DNA from: Octopus sinensis
Lineage: Eukaryota
Reading direction: 5' to 3'
Length of the DNA: 64,000 nucleotides
Assembly (NCBI RefSeq): GCF_006345805.1
Contig: NC_043016.1
Span: 27,404,001 to 27,468,000 of the forward strand
Positions 38,561 to 52,153 of this stretch are shown here, piece after piece. Numbering within the stretch: the stretch's first letter is position 1; every line of letters starts with the position of its first letter. The position numbers were made by a program, and so were the translations under genes. The notes below the pieces were generated by a model, which saw only the letters and a program-made list of their open reading frames with translations, was not told the origin of the DNA and searched no databases.

Positions 38561-38591
<31 letters not shown>

Positions 38592-38898
38592 ACTGGTTTC
38601 TTTCATTTTCCATCTAAGAAATCCACTCAAGGATTTGGTCATATATATCTAGGTGTGTGTTTGTGTCTGAGCCCCACTATTGCTTGACAACCAGTGTTGG
38701 TGTTATTACTTAACAGTTTGGCAAAAGGGACAGGTAGAATAAGTACCAGTCTTCAAGAAAAGCACTAAAATTCCTCAAGATGACACCCCAGTGTGACCCC
38801 TGCAAGGCCCTATTCTAATGACTGAAACAAGTAAAAAATAAAAACGATATATATTCACCACCTCATATAACTTCTATCATCTATTGTTCCCATTTCAG

Positions 38899-39027
38899 CA
38901 ACAACAACAACAGCAGCCAGTTGTCCTCCCGAACTATTCCTTCTACCCAGGAATGCCGTCACATATCGCACACATGAAAGTTAAAGCGAATATGCCGCAG
39001 TTTTTCTTACCAGACGAAATTAAAATG
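38899..39027 (+). CDS. PAN3: PAN3 exon 7 (QQQQQQPVVLPNYSFYPGMPSHIAHMKVKANMPQFFLPDEIKM)
   Basis: Matches vertebrate PNYHIYPPTAPHVAYMQPKANAPSFFMADELRQ. TTTCAG acceptor, GTAAGT donor, phase 0 to 0. Confidence 0.95.
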
Positions 39028-39577
39028 GTAAGTCATTGCTTTCATTCTTCTCTAATATCATCATCTTCACCTTCCTTTTAACATCCTCTTTTTCCACGCT
39101 TGCAAGTGTTAAGCTGGTTTTGTTGAAGCAGATTTTCTATTGCTGTATGCCCTTGCTATTGCCAACACCTGTTCCCATATAAGGTTAATATTTCTTCATA
39201 GCCAACATATTTTCACAAAACACTGGAAATGAATGACACTGCTCATTCGATAGTGGCACTCCTTTACTGTAATAATGTGATATCATGACAAGGAAACACA
39301 AGTATACATACTCATACACTCATGCACTATAGAATAGTAGACCATAAGTGCTTGTTTATATTTAATGTATGATGTCAAAACAAGGAGACAAACACTCCTT
39401 CATACACACACACTTATATATAAGCATGTTTGTATGGTAAGAAGTTAGCTTTCTAGGTTGAGGCCGTCTGTGTGGCACCTTGCCCAACTGTCTCCTTCTA
39501 TAAGTATGTGCAGACCAAAGCCTTGTGTGCGGTTTGCTAGACAGAAGTTGAAAGACGTGTGAGTGTATATAATATAT

Positions 39578-42403
39578 CATCATCATCGTTTAGCGTCCGC
39601 TTTCCATGCTAGCATGGGTTGGATGGTTCAACTGGGGTCTGGGAAGCCAGAAGGCTGCACCAGGCCCTGTCTGAACTGGCAATATTTCTATGGCTGGATG
39701 CCCTTCCTAACGCTAACCACTCCGTGAGTGTAGTGGGTGCTTTTTACGTACCACCGGCACAGGTGCCAGACGAGGCTGGCAAACGGCCACGATCGGGTGG
39801 TGCTTTTTACGTGCCACCGGCATGAGGCCAGTCGGGGCGGCGCTGGCAACGGCCACGTTCGGATGGTTCTCTTACGTGCCACCAGTACTGGTATCACAGC
39901 TGCAATTTCCATTGATGTTGATCAATTTCGATTCTCACTTGCCTCAACAGGTCTTCACAAGTAGAGTTTTGTGTCCCACTTGTCCTGCCAGGTCTTCTCG
40001 CGCACAGCATACTTCCAAAGGTCTCGGTCTCTGGTCATTTCCTCAGTGAGACCTAAAGTTCGAAGGTCGTGCTTCACCACCTCCTCCCAGGTTTTCCTGG
40101 GTCTGCCTCTTCTGCAGGTTCCCTCAACCGCTAGGGTGTGGCACTTTTTCACACAACTATCTTCATCCATTCTCGCCACATGACCATACCAGCGCAAACG
40201 TCTCTCTTGCACACCATAACTGATGCTTCTTAGGTCCAGCTTCTCTCTCAAGGTACTTACACTCTATCGAGTATGAACACTGTCATTACACATCCATCAG
40301 AGCATACTGGCTTCATTTCTTGCGAGCTTACGCATATCCTCAGCAGTCACGGCCCATGTTTCACTGCCATGTAGCATGGCTGTTCGTACACATGCGTCAT
40401 ACAGTCTACCTTTTACTCTGAGCGAGAGGCCTTTTGTCACCAACAGAGGTAAGAGCTCTCTGAACTTTGCCCAAGCTATTCTTACTCTAGCAGTTACACT
40501 TTCAGCACACCCGCCCCTGCTACTGTCTTGGTCACCTAGGTAACGGAAGCTATCAACTACTTCTAGTTTTTCTCCCTGGAATGTGGCAGAAGTTGGTCTC
40601 AGAGCATTTTCAGTGTTTATTGCTCCTGAGCATCTGCCACATACAAAAACTGTCTTCCTAGTTAGCCTTCCTTTGACATTGCTGCACCTCTTATGTGTCC
40701 ATAGCTTACACTTGGTGCATCTTATAGAGTTTCTACCTACACCTTTTCTACAGATCGAGCAGGGCCATCTACCTGAAGGCGTTTGTGATTTGTCTACCTT
40801 CCTACTTATTAGGACTTTGGTTTTAGCTAGATTGATTCTAAGACCCTTTTGATTCTAATCCTTGCTTCCACACCTGAAACTTTTCCTCGAGTTCTGATAG
40901 TGACTCAGCAATTAGAGCAAGGTCATCAGCATAGAGGAGCTCCCAGGGGCATCCTGTCTTGAATTCCTCCACTGTTGCCTGGAGGACTATGATAAGTAGG
41001 AGGGGGCTGAGGACTGAGCCTTGGTGGACCCCTACCTCTACCCAGAATTCTTCACTGTACTCATTGCCAACCCTCACCTTACTAGCAGCGTCCCTGTTCA
41101 TGGCTCGCACAGCTCTCACTAACCATTCATCTATCCCTAGTTTCCTCATTGATCACCAGATAAGGGATCGGGAGACCCTGTCGAAGGCTTTCTCCATGTC
41201 AACAAAAGCCAGGTACAGGGGCTTATCTTTGGCTAGGTATTTCTCCTGCAGCTGCCTTACCAGGAATATAGCATCAGTGGTACTTTTCCCTGGCATGAAC
41301 CCAAACTGCATCTCATCTATACTGACTCTCTCCCTAATTAGTTGGACTGTGACCTTCATTACTTGATCCAACAGCTTGATACCTCTGTAATTATTTGTAT
41401 CTAGGGTGTCACCTTTACCTTTGTAGCAGTTGACTATTATGCTGCTACACCAGTCATTGGGTATGACTCCTTCGTGTATCACCTGGTTAACTATAAGGCT
41501 GACTAGGCTATAGCCAACACTACCAGATATTTTGAGCATCTCTGCAGTGATTCCTGATGGGCCTGGGGCTTTCCCTGTCTTCATGCTTCTAATTGCCTTA
41601 ACTACCAAGGAACTGTCAACTCGGATAGCTGGTTCCTCTGTTGGGTCGACATTCGGCAGACTCTCTTTATCCCATTCATTTTCTTTATTCAGCAACCTTT
41701 CATAGTGGCGTCTCCAAACCTCTCTCTTTGCAGCCTCATTTAGCGCAAGTAAACCATCTTCCATGCGAACACATTTCTCTCCTACCACATCACAATTCTC
41801 TCTCACACACTGTCTTGCAGCACGAAACACCCCAGTCTTTGGTCCTCACGGCGCAGAACATTGGCAAATTTTTTTCTTATCTGCTTCCACTATGGCTAGA
41901 TAGACCTGTCTCCTAGCTTCCCTTTTGGTATTCTGATACAATTCCCTGCTACCACCGTTCTTCCAGTCCTTCCAAGCCTGTCTCTTTTCTCTAATAGCCC
42001 TGTCTACAACATTGTTCCACCACCACGTTACCTTGGGACGAGAGGGCACTTTGCACCAGCCACAGATCTGGTCAGTGGCTCTCAGCAGGTTGTCCCTTAG
42101 AAACGTCCAGTTGGCTTCTACTCCATGTGATACTCTATCCCCTTCTACTTCGTCAAAGGCTTCAAGCAACATGTCCCTAAATCTCTGTCCATTCGCAGGA
42201 TCTTTAAGCTTCCAGATCCTTCTTCTCCATGTTGGTCGTCTTCTGGTTTTCCTCTTCGTCCTGATCCTAAAGTCTCTAACTACGAGTCTATGTTGCGGGT
42301 ACATTCTTCGCCTGGGAAGGTTTTGGCATTTAGGTACATTCTTCGCCTGGGAAGGTTTTGGCATTTAGGTACATTCTTCGCCTGGGAAGGTTTTGGCATT
42401 TAG
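39578..42403 (-). mobile_element. RTE-clade LINE, young, 5'-truncated, in PAN3 intron 7
   Basis: Long minus-strand RT ORF pieces (225, 172, 103 and 98 aa; YADDL, QGSVLSP). (CAT)n tail at 39578. Confidence 0.95.
42299..42403. repeat. Three perfect tandem copies of a 35-bp LINE-derived unit
   Basis: GTACATTCTTCGCCTGGGAAGGTTTTGGCATTTAG at 42299, 42334 and 42369, with no spacers. Confidence 0.95.
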
Positions 42404-42454
42404 ATATATATATACATATATATATATACATATTTATACATACACACATACATA

Positions 42455-45313
42455 TGTTTGTACTGAGGGCTACTAAGGAAATCTGTGGTTTGTGCATAGT
42501 CCCAGCTAGACCAAGGGTAACATGGTGGTGGAGACAGTGCTATAAAAGCAAAAAGGCATGCCTGGAAAGACTGGAAAAAAGTGGAAGCAAAGAATTATAT
42601 CAGGTAGCCAAAAGGGCAGCTAGGTATCAGGTATATATAGCAAAAGGAGTAGCCGAAGGTAAGAGATTTGCATATGTCCTACGACATGAGGATCAGAAGC
42701 ATGAGGTGTTCAGAATTGCAAAGTAGCGTATCAGAGAGAAAAGAGATGTGATGGGTGACAAAAGTGTGCGAATGGACAATGGTATGCTTGTACTTAGTAA
42801 CTCAGAGAAGAAAAATGCACAAAAGTGTCATTGTGAAAGGTTACTAAATGTGGAAAATGAATAATAGAAGGAGAGTCTACCAAATATTGAACCAATTGAG
42901 GGACCTGCCATCAGAATTGATAGCAGTATAATAGATGAGGCAAATAAGGACATGAAGACAAGGAAAGCCCCTGAGCCATCAGGAATCACTGCCGAAATGA
43001 TTAAAATTTCTGGTAGTGTAGGATACAGCTTAGTCGCCCTTATAGTTAATCAGTTTATTCAGGAAGGCTCCATCCCCAATGACTGGTGTTATAGCATTAT
43101 AGTTACCCACTACAAGAGTAAAGGTGCTGCTTTAGATTGGAACAACTACAGAAGTATTAAACTGCTAGAAGTCATGAAAGTTACTGAGAAAGTTCGATTG
43201 ATTATGAATAGAATTAAACTAGATGTGATGCAGTTTTGTTTTGTACCTGGGAAGAGTACTACAGATGCCATCTTCCTAGTGAGACAGATTCAGGAAAAGT
43301 ACTTGGCCAAAAGTAAGCCATTGTACTTAGCTTTCGTTGACCTGGAGAAAGCTTTTGACAGTTTCCCACTCTGTTATATGGTGGTCTCTAAGGAAGTTAG
43401 GAGTAGAAGAGTGGCTTGCTAGAGCTGTACAAGCTTTGTACAGTGATGCTGTCAGTAAGGTGAGAGTCAGCCATGAATACAGTGATGAATTTAGTGTACA
43501 GGTAGGGGTTCACCAAGGCTCAGTTCTCAGCCTACTCTTATTCATTATAGTCCTCCAAGCCATAACAGTAGAATTCAAAACTGACTGCTCATGGGAGCTG
43601 CTATATGCTGATGACCTTGCTCTTATTGTAGAATCTTTAGCAGAACTGGAGAAGAAATTCTAGGTATGGAAACAAGACCTGGAATCAAAGAGCCTTAAAG
43701 TTAACCTTGTGAGGACCAAAGTTGTTGTGAGTAAGAAAGAAGATAAAACACTCTTTCTGTTGGGTAAATGGCCTTGCTCAGTATGTAGGAAAGGAGTTGG
43801 AAGAAATTCCATTCACTGCACCCTGTGTAAACTATGGACACATAGGAAGTGCAGTGGAATCGCAGGTAGATTAACAGATAATTTGTATGTGGTAGATGTG
43901 CATGAGTAATAAGCATTGAAAACACATGGAACTTAGATTCTCTAGGAGGCTCTCTTGAGATAGTTTCTGTTACCTAGGTAAACAAATCTCTTGTAGATAG
44001 TTTCTGTTCCTTAGGTGACTAAATTAGCAATGGTGGAAAATGCTCTGAAAGTATTGTTTCTAGATTAAGAATAGGGCGAAGGAAGTTCAGGGGGCTATTA
44101 CCTCTGTTGGCAACAAAAGGGCTCTCTCTCAGAGTGAAAGGTAGACTATATGATGCTTGTGTATGAACGGCTATACTCCATGGTAGTGAGACATGGGCTC
44201 TGAATGCAGAAGACGTGTAGACTGGAGAGAAATGAAGGCAGTATACTTCATTGGATGTGCAACATCAGCACACATGTACAACAAAGTGCAAATGTATCAA
44301 GAGAAAAGTTGGTGTATGCAAGAGAGAAGACTATGTTGGTTTGGACATATGATGCATATGAATGAGTACAGCCGCATAAAGAAGTGCCTGTCACTGAAAG
44401 TGGATGGTACCTGCTGACAAGGGAGATCCAAGAAAATGTATGATGAAGTGATAAGGACCAATCTCAGGATGTTGGGCCTCACAGAGGAAATGACAGCTGC
44501 CCAAGATATAAGGTTTATGAGAAGACCTGGCCTCTTCAGCGAAACTGAGTTCTAGAAGTGTTGTGTGCTGCACCCACACTTAACAGGGAAGCTTCTCGCA
44601 CACCCTACCACAACAAACCAAACTATATCTCTACATCTCTTCCTCACATTTCCATTTCATGCACTATGCTTACCTCCAACTCCCCGATCCTGTCCTCTTG
44701 ACTCTGTCTCACTGTATCATATCATTCTATCTGCTAGCCCCTGACCTGTGTCTTCCACCCACACATAACAAGGAAACTTTTCACACAACCTACTCCAATA
44801 AAACCAATCTACATTTCCTCCTTCATACACTATGCCTGTCTCTCACTCCCAAATCCTGTCCTCAAGGTCCTGTTTCTCTGTATCATTGCTATCTGCCTTC
44901 CCCATCCTACTCTAAATATACTCAGGTTTTCACCACTCACTTTCCCACCCCTCCACACTCACTAATCCTGCTGCTTTTACAATATCCTGCCACTTATATT
45001 ACGACCTTCCAACCCTGGCACTTGTCACCATCTATATCCTGCTCTCTCCCACTCTCTCTCCTCCTCCTGCACCTCCCTCAGGTTAGTTGACCATGTATCT
45101 CCTTGCAGCAGCACACTTGTTTCTGTCTTCATTGTTGATTCCCCCCCCACTCTCTCTCTCTCTGGCCAAGTGACCTTATATATCCTCTTTAGCAAGACAC
45201 CTGTTTCTCTCTCTCTCTCTCTGTCTCACTATAGCCTTTCATCATCTGACACAAGATCAAACCATCTAATCCTTGTCAGCATAGAAAGCAGACGCTAAAT
45301 GATGATGATGATG
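42455..45313 (+). mobile_element. Older RTE-clade LINE with long pyrimidine-rich 3' region and (GAT)n tail
   Basis: RT motifs (FVDLEKAFD, QGSVLS, YADDL) with many stops. The 3' region is repeated at 46830-47905. Confidence 0.9.
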
Positions 45314-45364
45314 CATTTATGTATAATTATTGATAACTGTATGTATATATATTTTTCTTTTCAG

Positions 45365-45422
45365 GAATTGCTGAATCGGCATGCATGTTCATTAATGCAA
45401 ATCGACCCAGCTCAACATCCAG
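45365..45422 (+). CDS. PAN3: PAN3 exon 8 (ELLNRHACSLMQIDPAQHP)
   Basis: Matches vertebrate ELINRHLITMAQID. TTTCAG acceptor, CAG|GTAAAT donor, phase 0 to 1. Confidence 0.95.
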
Positions 45423-45518
45423 GTAAATAAAATAATAGTTATGCGTGTTGCTTTTATGTATTTGTGAGTAGGTATATAGATGTGAGTGTCTGTGTAAATA
45501 AGTATACATAATTTTTTG

Positions 45519-45900
45519 GAAGCACTCCGTCGGTTACGACGATGAGGGTTCTGGTTGATCCAATCAACGGAACAGCCTGCTCGTGAAATTAACGTGTAAG
45601 TGGCTGAGCACTCCACAGACACGTGTACCCTTAACATAGTTCTCGGGGATATTCAGCGTGACACAGAGAGTGACAAGGCCGGTCCCTTGAAATACAGGTA
45701 CAACAGAAACAGGAACTAAGAGTGAGAGAAAGTTGTGGTGAAAGAGTACAGCAGGGATCACCACCATCCCCTGCCGGAGCCTTGTGGAGCTTTAGGTGTT
45801 TTCGCTCAATAAACACTCACGACGCCCGGTCTGGGAATCGAAACCGCGATCGTATGACCGCGAGTCCGCTGCCCTAACCACTGGGCCATTGCGCCTCCAC
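45519..45900 (-). mobile_element. tRNA-derived SINE (octopus OR-like family), young
   Basis: Minus-strand head GGAGGCGCAATGGCCCAGTGGTTAGGGCAGCGG...GGTTTCGATTCCC with A and B boxes, followed by a ~300-bp body; CpGs retained. Confidence 0.85.
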
Positions 45901-46829
45901 ACATAATTATATATGAATAAATATCTATGTATGTATATTACCTTATTCATTTATTAACTGCTTAATGGGCAAAGCATTTTATAAAATATGCTTTTATTCA
46001 CGTGACCTTGTAGTTCATTTTATAATTTATTCTAGTGCAATCCAGAAAATCGTTGTTTTAACTGGTTTATATAAATGATCTCATCATAAAACCAGTTTGA
46101 TAAGTGCCAGTGCATGTAACTCTTGACCCTTGAGTCATTAAACTTTTGTCAATTAATAATAAAAGCATACACATCTTTTAAGTTCTGCTTTCCTGTTTGT
46201 GTGTGAATTGATTGTTTTGTTTTTTCCTCTCTCATTTATTTATTTATTTATTTTCTACTTTGAGTTGATGAGGAAGGTTTTGTTTTTAAATTTGCAGAAT
46301 CACTGATATATCAAATAAAATGCTTTGTGGTCTTAGATTTTTGCCTTTTTTTATCTTTTTACCATTGGCAAAAATCAATAAAACTTGTAGCATCACATAT
46401 TGGAATTGATGATTCTCTCTTCACTAACATTTTGTGGTTTTATATTACTGCTAATAATGAGAATATCTTGTTACTGAAAACTGAATCTAAGACACATTTG
46501 TGCCACATTCCTGTCTGTGAATTCTTTGCCTACCATTCCTTTATTATGCATTAGGCTTCATCAGGTAAAAACAAATGAGATACCATACTAGTAATTTACA
46601 GCTAGTGGTCAGTGTAGTAGTAGAAGTTGTATTTAGTGGTTTCGTAACTAGGTTTATTTTAAAATACACTAATTTTAGTTAATTTTATAAATACTCAAGA
46701 TTACGCAGGGATATAGTAAAATGGTTTCATTCATTAAGCTGTTTAAAACATAACTTGAAATTATAGTGAAAAATTAATTTAAATATATTTCTAAAACAAG
46801 ATATTTTTTTATCTTTATGATCTTTTCTC

Positions 46830-47905
46830 TTCTTCACATTTCCACTTCATGCACTGTGCTTACCTTCCACTCCCCCATCCTGTCCTCTTGTCCCTTTTCC
46901 ACTGTATCATTGCTCTCTGCTAGCCCCTGACCTTTGTGCTCCACCCACACATAACAAGAAAACTTTTCACACACCCTACCCCAACAAACCAATCTACATC
47001 TCTTCTCTCCCTCACATTTCCTCCTTCATACACTATACCTAGCTCTCATTCCCCAATCCTGTCCTCATAGCCCTGTTCCTCTGTATCATTGCTATCCAGT
47101 AGTCCCCCTGACTCTATAAATGCCTAAATTTTTGTCACTCCCCCCCTCCACACTCTCTAATCATGCTTTCTTGCAATACCCTGCCACTTATATTATGGTG
47201 TTCGGACCTCATGGGTATGCCCTGGCACTTGCCACCATCTATAATATCTCTCTCTTCTTTTACTCAACCATCTCATATTCTGATCCCCGTTCCTTTTGAG
47301 TATGTCCGGCACTTTGCCACCATCTCTATCCTGCTGTCTCCCACTCTCTCTCCTTCTCCTGTACTTCCCTCACGTTAGGTAACCATGTATTTCCTTTGTG
47401 ACAGTGGACCTGTTTCTGTCTTCATTCCTGATCTCTCTCTCTCTCTCTCTCTCTCTCTAGCTGGGTAACCTTGTACCTCCTCTATAGCAAGACACAGGTT
47501 TCTGTCTCTTTGTCTCACTATAACCTTTCATCATCCGACACAATATCACCTCCTCCAATGCCACCTCCCTTCTCAAAAGAGATTTTATTTTCATCTTGGT
47601 GGCCCTGTCAGTGCAGGTGCCACTTAAAAAGCTCCCAGATCACACTGTAAAGTGACTGGCATTTGGAAGGTCGTCCAGCTGTTAAACCTTGCCAAAACTG
47701 ACCTTGTCTGTGCTTGTGCCATGTAAAAAGCATTAAGTTCACTCTGTTGAGTGGTTGATATTAGGAAGGGCATCCAGCTGTAAAAATCCTGCCAAAACAA
47801 TTTACAGAAGTCTGGTGCAGGCTTTTGCCTGGCCAACCAGCTCCTGTCAAACCGTCTCAGCCATGCTTGCATGGAAGGCGGACGTTAAGTGATGATGATG
47901 ATGAT
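46830..47905 (+). mobile_element. RTE LINE 3' fragment (pyrimidine-rich UTR plus (GAT)n tail)
   Basis: Colinear with 44635-45313 and ends in GATGATGATGATGAT. Confidence 0.8.
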
Positions 47906-48119
47906 CTTGTTATGAGGATTATAAGCATCAAGATGCATCAACTCATAGGATGCTAGAAATAATTAGGTGTGATAGCATAGAGCTCACAGTGAAATAAAAA
48001 ACATTGAAAATATCAAGTATTTGTTAGATAGCTTAGATATGCAAATACTAAATTCACTTTAAATCATAGGTCTGACTTAAGGTTGGGTCCTTGGGGTGGC
48101 TTACACACACACATATATA

Positions 48120-48332
48120 AAATAAACACATGGTGTTTAAAATTTGTTTCAGTAGAAATTTATTTAATGCAGTGATAAAAGATTACAGTTTAATATAAAA
48201 TCCACCATCATCAGGTAAAATTTTACCTGGTAATGGATTATATTTTGTGAGGTAATCTTTTATGACTGCATTAAATAATAATATTCTACTGAAAATGCTA
48301 TCTTAAATTTTGAACACCATTTGTGTTTACTT
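48120..48332. repeat. Fold-back hairpin (~100-bp arms)
   Basis: Symmetric about CAGGTAAAATTTTACCTG. The left arm read on - gives CTGATGA...GAAAC. Confidence 0.8.
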
Positions 48333-48760
48333 TATGTGTGTGTATGCATAATGGGCTTCATGATCAGCTAATAACTATATGAGAAGACACTTGCCCAGAG
48401 TGCCATGCAATGATATTGAACACAAAGCCACATGGTATTTGGTGTATGAATGTCTGCATGTTTATGTTTAACCCATGCTAGCATGGAAAATGGACGTTAA
48501 ACAATGATGATGTGCATAAACACACACACACACACATATATATACACCTGTATATAGTTATATTTGCTCCTGTCAACCATCCTACGTATGCCTGGACGGA
48601 AGACAGACGTTAAATGATGACGATGATAACACACATTTTTATATACGTGTGTGTTTATATACAAACATATATATATATATGTATAGTGTACTCATGTATG
48701 TGTACATATATATATATTCATACTTGGGTATCCCCTTATTTTGTTCTTTTTCTTTTATAG

Positions 48761-48919
48761 ACATCCCAACAGAGGTCGACAGCTATCACCAACTCTATCC
48801 TCTTGAGGCACCACCTGCCAACCCGCTCCAGAAGTCCTCGATGTTCAGCTATCCGTCAACATGTTACAAAGCTGTAAATACGAAGGATTGTCTCACGTAC
48901 TGCCTTAAACGAATACATG
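48761..48919 (+). CDS. PAN3: PAN3 exon 9, start of pseudokinase domain (IPTEVDSYHQLYPLE...CYKAVNTKDCLTYCLKRIH)
   Basis: Diagnostic PAN3 sequence P.EVDSYH.L.PLE and CYKA...D...YCL.RIHG. TATAG acceptor, GTAGGT donor, phase 1 to 1. Confidence 0.97.
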
Positions 48920-48985
48920 GTAGGTAGCGTGTACAGATGTGCATTCATACACACGTATATATGCATATGTATGTATACATACATA

Positions 48986-49218
48986 TATTGTGAGATACAA
49001 GTAAGCTGATAATTTATTTTCAAATGTATAAACGCTGATAGAACAGGATCGATTGGATAAAATATCCATAGAAAGTGGGAAATTTGTTAGCAGCCAGCCA
49101 TGAGACTGGTTGCTGACAAATTTTTCTGCTTTCTGTGGATATCTTATCTAATCTCTGCTGTTCTATTAGCATTTATGTGTTTGAAAATAAATGATCATCT
49201 TAATTGTATCTCACAATA
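48986..49218. repeat. Fold-back hairpin (~115-bp arms) just downstream of exon 9
   Basis: TATTGTGAGATACAA...CAGCCAG-CCATGAGA-CTGGTTG...TTGTATCTCACAATA. Confidence 0.85.
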
Positions 49219-49461
49219 CACATTTCAGTGCTTCTAAAACAAACATTAGTTTGTTTACATTTATTGTAATAACATGCATATATGTATATATATAAATATA
49301 TTAATTTTTTTTTTTATTATTTTCAGTTATAATAAAAACAATTTTACTTTAATCTGATGGGTTACTCAATACTTTTGTAGAGTGCAAATTTATTATTCTT
49401 AAACAAGATAGGTTAGCTGGCTGAAACTTCAAAGTCACTGTCAACAACATACTTCTGAAAG

Positions 49462-49498
<37 letters not shown>

Positions 49499-49929
49499 CA
49501 CACATGTGTATGAATGTGCGTGTGTAGTACATTATTGTTTTCAGCATCTACTTTTCCATGCTTGTATGGGTTGGACAGTGTTTATTAAGACAGAATTTTC
49601 TGTAGCTTGGTGCTGTTCTTGTTGCCAACCCTCACCAATTTTTAAACAAGATGATATTCTCCCATGGCCAGGCATGTTTTTGTTGAATATTGGAAATAAA
49701 TGATAGTAATACTCAATTACTACTACCATGTGATGCCAAGGTAAGGAGAGACAACCATGCACAGACACTCACATGCATACACATTCATAGTCACATATAA
49801 TATAAATAAACAGCTATATCTGGAATTTGTTGGCATGGAGAAAGCCTTTGACAGAGACACTTGCTTCCTTATCTGGTGGTCACTGCGGAAGCTAGGGAAA
49901 GATGAATGGCTGGTGATAACTGCCAGATA

Positions 49930-50268
49930 AACATAGACATAGAATACATTCCATATTTATCACCAGCCATTTGACTTACAGCTGTTTCCATTAGTTATTA
50001 TCGATTCATTATTGATAGGTTTATTTAATCAGCCCATTGATGGGTTGAAAAAAATTGAACAACCTAGATAATCAATGCTGCTTTCATCAAAGTCACTTCT
50101 GGATATATATTAACCAGAAATGACTCTGACAAAAGTACATAACGGGAAGCTCAGAGTAACAGGTTTTGTTGAATTTTCTGCTGCTTTAAATAAAGCATAT
50201 TACTCTACCACTGGTATTTGAGTACTCTTTTTTCCACCTTGTTTCACATTTATGTGTTTACTCCGGTA
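49930..50268 (-). mobile_element. Penelope pLTR-like fragment with hammerhead-like motif (C3-to-U variant, long stem II)
   Basis: On - strand: TGACT-TTGATGA...GAAAC-AGCT-GTA-AGTCA (49972-50095), giving a 5-bp stem I. Confidence 0.6.
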
Positions 50269-50422
50269 TATATATATATATATATATATATATGCATGTA
50301 TTTTTTAGGTGTATGTATTAAGTATATTATACTATATCAGTTTCATGATGGCTAAGAAAACCAATTGTTAATTACCAAGTAATTTTCTTTTTTATCCCTT
50401 CTCTTCTGTTTCCAATCTCCAG

Positions 50423-50539
50423 GTTTTCGTCTCGCTAACACAAAGTGTCTGGCTACAGTCGACCAATGGAAGAAGCTCTATCATCCAAACGTCGTACAGC
50501 TCAAGGAAGTGTTCACAACTACAGCATTCGGTGACAATT
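50423..50539 (+). CDS. PAN3: PAN3 exon 10 (GFRLANTKCLATVDQWKKLYHPNVVQLKEVFTTTAFGDN)
   Basis: Matches GFRLVNTKC...WKK..H.N.V.L.EVFTT.AF. CCAG acceptor, GTAAGT donor, phase 1 to 1. Confidence 0.97.
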
Positions 50540-50819
50540 GTAAGTTTGCGTTCTTCATTTTCAGCCACCTCCTCCTCTCCGCTCTTGTTTACCTGTTACA
50601 TTTTGCTGGTTTTATTCACTTGACTGTGATCATGTTGGAGCACCAGCTTGAAGAGTTTTAGTTGGGCAAATCATCCCTAATATGTCAAGTCTGCTGCTTT
50701 TTGTATCTTTCTCTTTTGTCAAACCACTAAGTTACTGTGATGTAAACAAACCAATACTGGTTGTCAAGCGATGAGGGTGCAGATAAACACAGACACAAGG
50801 ACACAAATACAGAGAGACA

Positions 50820-52153
<1,334 letters not shown>

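Noticed and set aside
39955-42364. Active RT gene or host reverse transcriptase
   Set aside because: 5'-truncated, lacks most of the endonuclease and is split by stops and frameshifts.
42299-42403. 35-bp direct repeats resembling a CRISPR array
   Set aside because: No spacers, the unit is LINE coding sequence, the context is eukaryotic and there are no cas genes.
45825-45900. tRNA gene on the minus strand
   Set aside because: The tRNA-like head continues into a SINE body and has no proper acceptor stem.
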